Below the pieces are notes generated by a model. The model was given only the letters and a program-made list of their open reading frames with translations, had not been told where the DNA came from and made no database searches. A stretch of 64,000 nt of DNA, from assembly GCA_965223545.1 (NCBI GenBank), contig OZ245006.1:416001-480000 (forward strand), given 5' to 3'. Positions within the stretch are counted from its first letter, which is position 1. The number at the start of each line of letters is the position of its first letter. This document shows positions 62,177 to 64,000 of this stretch, in pieces. The DNA is from Planctomycetota bacterium. Lineage in GTDB: Bacteria; Planctomycetota; UBA1135; UBA2386. The position numbers and the translations under genes were made by a program.

Positions 62177-64000
62177 GTGTCCGTTGCAGCTTCGCCCACC
62201 GCAGACCGCCGTCCGCTGCAGGATGTCCGCGCCGACGCCGTCGCCGGCCTGACGATCGCGGTGATGGGCGTGCCGCAGGCGATGGCGTACGCGCTGATCG
62301 CCGGCTTGCCGCCGGTGTACGGGCTCTACACCGCCATGGTCACCTGCGTGGTCGCGGCGCTGATCGGCAGCTCCAACCACCTGGTCACCGGACCGACCAA
62401 CGCGCTGTGCATGGTGATCTTGAGCCTCACCGCGCACCTGCCCGCGAAGTACGGGGTCAGCCTGGTCGAGTGCGTGCTGTGGCTGACGTTTCTCACCGGC
62501 GCCATCCAGCTCGGCCTCGGCGCGCTGCGCCTGGGTGGCATCGTCCGCTACGTCAGCAACTCCGTCGTCGTCGGCTTCACCGCCGGAGCGGGGATTCTCA
62601 TCGCCCTCAACCAGCTGAAGAACCTGCTCGGCATCGACCTCACCGGGGCGCATGCCGAGCGCAGCTACGAGGTGCTGTGGGCCACGATCCGCCACGCCGG
62701 GGGCACCAACCCGTACGCGCTGGGGATCGGCGTCGTCACCATGGCGATCGTGCTGCTCGCGCCGCGCGTGCACCACAAGCTGCCGGGCGCGCTGTTGGGA
62801 GTGGTCATCACCGGCCTGCTCTGCTGGTGGCTCGGCTGGCACGACCAGGACATGGGGGCGTGGCGCGTGCAGATCGTGCGCGACATCCAGCCCATCGAGG
62901 GCAGCCTGGCGCTGTTCCACGTCCCGCAGCTGTTGACGGCGCCCGACTACGAGCTGACCCGCGAGCTCGGCACCGGCGCGCTCGCGCTGGCGCTGTTGGG
63001 CTTGGTGGAGGCGGCCTCGATCGCGCGCGCGGTGGCGGCCTCTTCGGGGCAGCGCATCGACTTCTCGCGCGAGTTCATCGGCCAGGGCGCGGGCAACCTG
63101 GTCGGCTCGTTCTTCTCGTGCTTCGCCGGTTCGGGCTCGTTCACCCGCACCGCGGTCTGCTACCAGGCCGGTGGCCGCACGCGGATGGCGGCGGTCTTCT
63201 CCGCGATCTGGACCGGGCTCGCCCTGGTGCTGCTCGGTGGGATCGCCAACCACATCCCCAAGCCGGCGCTGGCCGGCATCCTGGTCGTGGTCGCGTTCTC
63301 GATGATCGAGAAGCACCGCCTGATGCTGTCTTGGCGGTCGGGCCGGGGACCGCGGATGGTGCTGTGCGGCACCCTGGTTTCGACCCTGATCCTGCCGCTC
63401 GAGTTCGCCATCTTCGTCGGCGTGTTCCTGTCCTTGATGGTCGTGCTGCGGACGACCGGCAAGACCGATCTGACCCAGCTCGTGCCCCGGCACGACTCGG
63501 GCTTCGACGAGCTGCCGTTCAGCCGGGCCGCGCCCTCGCCAGTGGTCACGGTCAACCTCGAGGGCGACCTCTACTTCGCCGCGGCGGACGACCTCGACCA
63601 CGAGCTACTGCGCTGCATCACGCCACAGACCAAGGTCATCGTCCTGCGCATGAAACGGCTGCGCGCCGTCGGCAGCACCGCGATGGCGATGCTCGAGCAC
63701 TTCTGGCAGCTGCTCCGCGACCGGCACATCACCCTCGTCGTCTGCGGCATCGAGGACGAGCTCCAACAAGTTCTGACCGGCTCCGGACTGCGGAAGAGGA
63801 TCGGTGAACAGAACATCTTCTACGCCGACAACAAGCTGTTCCAGTCGACCGAGCTCGCGCTGGCGCGCGCCTGGAGCATCGTCGAGCGACAGCGGCAGCA
63901 CAGCGAGGTCGCCGAGACCCAACCGCCCGCAACCGGCATCACCGCCGCCGACCTGATGACGCGGCGCTGCATCCGGTTCGGCAACGAGCACCAGCTGCGC
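62177..64000 (+). CDS. SulP/SLC26 anion transporter with STAS domain and probable CBS start, partial
   Basis: Manual translation from GTG 62177: DAVAGLTIAVMGVPQAMAYALIAGLPPVYGLY...GPT...GSFTRT...LEGDLYFAA...ITAADLMTRR; open to the window edge. Confidence 0.9.
   Translation, partial: MSVAASPTADRRPLQDVRADAVAGLTIAVMGVPQAMAYALIAGLPPVYGLYTAMVTCVVAALIGSSNHLVTGPTNALCMVILSLTAHLPAKYGVSLVECVLWLTFLTGAIQLGLGALRLGGIVRYVSNSVVVGFTAGAGILIALNQLKNLLGIDLTGAHAERSYEVLWATIRHAGGTNPYALGIGVVTMAIVLLAPRVHHKLPGALLGVVITGLLCWWLGWHDQDMGAWRVQIVRDIQPIEGSLALFHVPQLLTAPDYELTRELGTGALALALLGLVEAASIARAVAASSGQRIDFSREFIGQGAGNLVGSFFSCFAGSGSFTRTAVCYQAGGRTRMAAVFSAIWTGLALVLLGGIANHIPKPALAGILVVVAFSMIEKHRLMLSWRSGRGPRMVLCGTLVSTLILPLEFAIFVGVFLSLMVVLRTTGKTDLTQLVPRHDSGFDELPFSRAAPSPVVTVNLEGDLYFAAADDLDHELLRCITPQTKVIVLRMKRLRAVGSTAMAMLEHFWQLLRDRHITLVVCGIEDELQQVLTGSGLRKRIGEQNIFYADNKLFQSTELALARAWSIVERQRQHSEVAETQPPATGITAADLMTRRCIRFGNEHQLR

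Overview
High-GC bacterial chromosomal segment; gene content and order suggest Planctomycetota (inference). Left part: a partial multi-PAS sensor gene absent from the ORF track, hrpB-recR-ybaB-dnaX with SRP RNA, two tRNA-Ser genes and tadA, an N-acyl-ornithine carbamoyltransferase, an SPT-like enzyme paired with an NAD-dependent reductase, and dnaE. Middle (16.2-33.1 kb, minus strand): the str/S10/spc/alpha ribosomal cluster, which lacks rplC, tuf, rpmD, infA and map and carries a strongly diverged EF-G in the str position. Right part: an FG-GAP lipoprotein, an RsmB methyltransferase, a kinase-TPR-GAF-sigma54 activator fusion, glycogen synthase divergent from a compact operon (three ATP-grasp ligases, an S51-like peptidase, two esterases; a fourth ATP-grasp paralog lies about 11 kb away), a UGA-containing ArsC-like selenoprotein, a lower-GC TIGR04141/DUF6119-like gene, SDR, PPTase, DmpA peptidase and a partial SulP. 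Best candidate for an undescribed system: the glgA-linked ATP-grasp/esterase/peptidase operon. All family calls come from motif recognition by eye; no searches were run.
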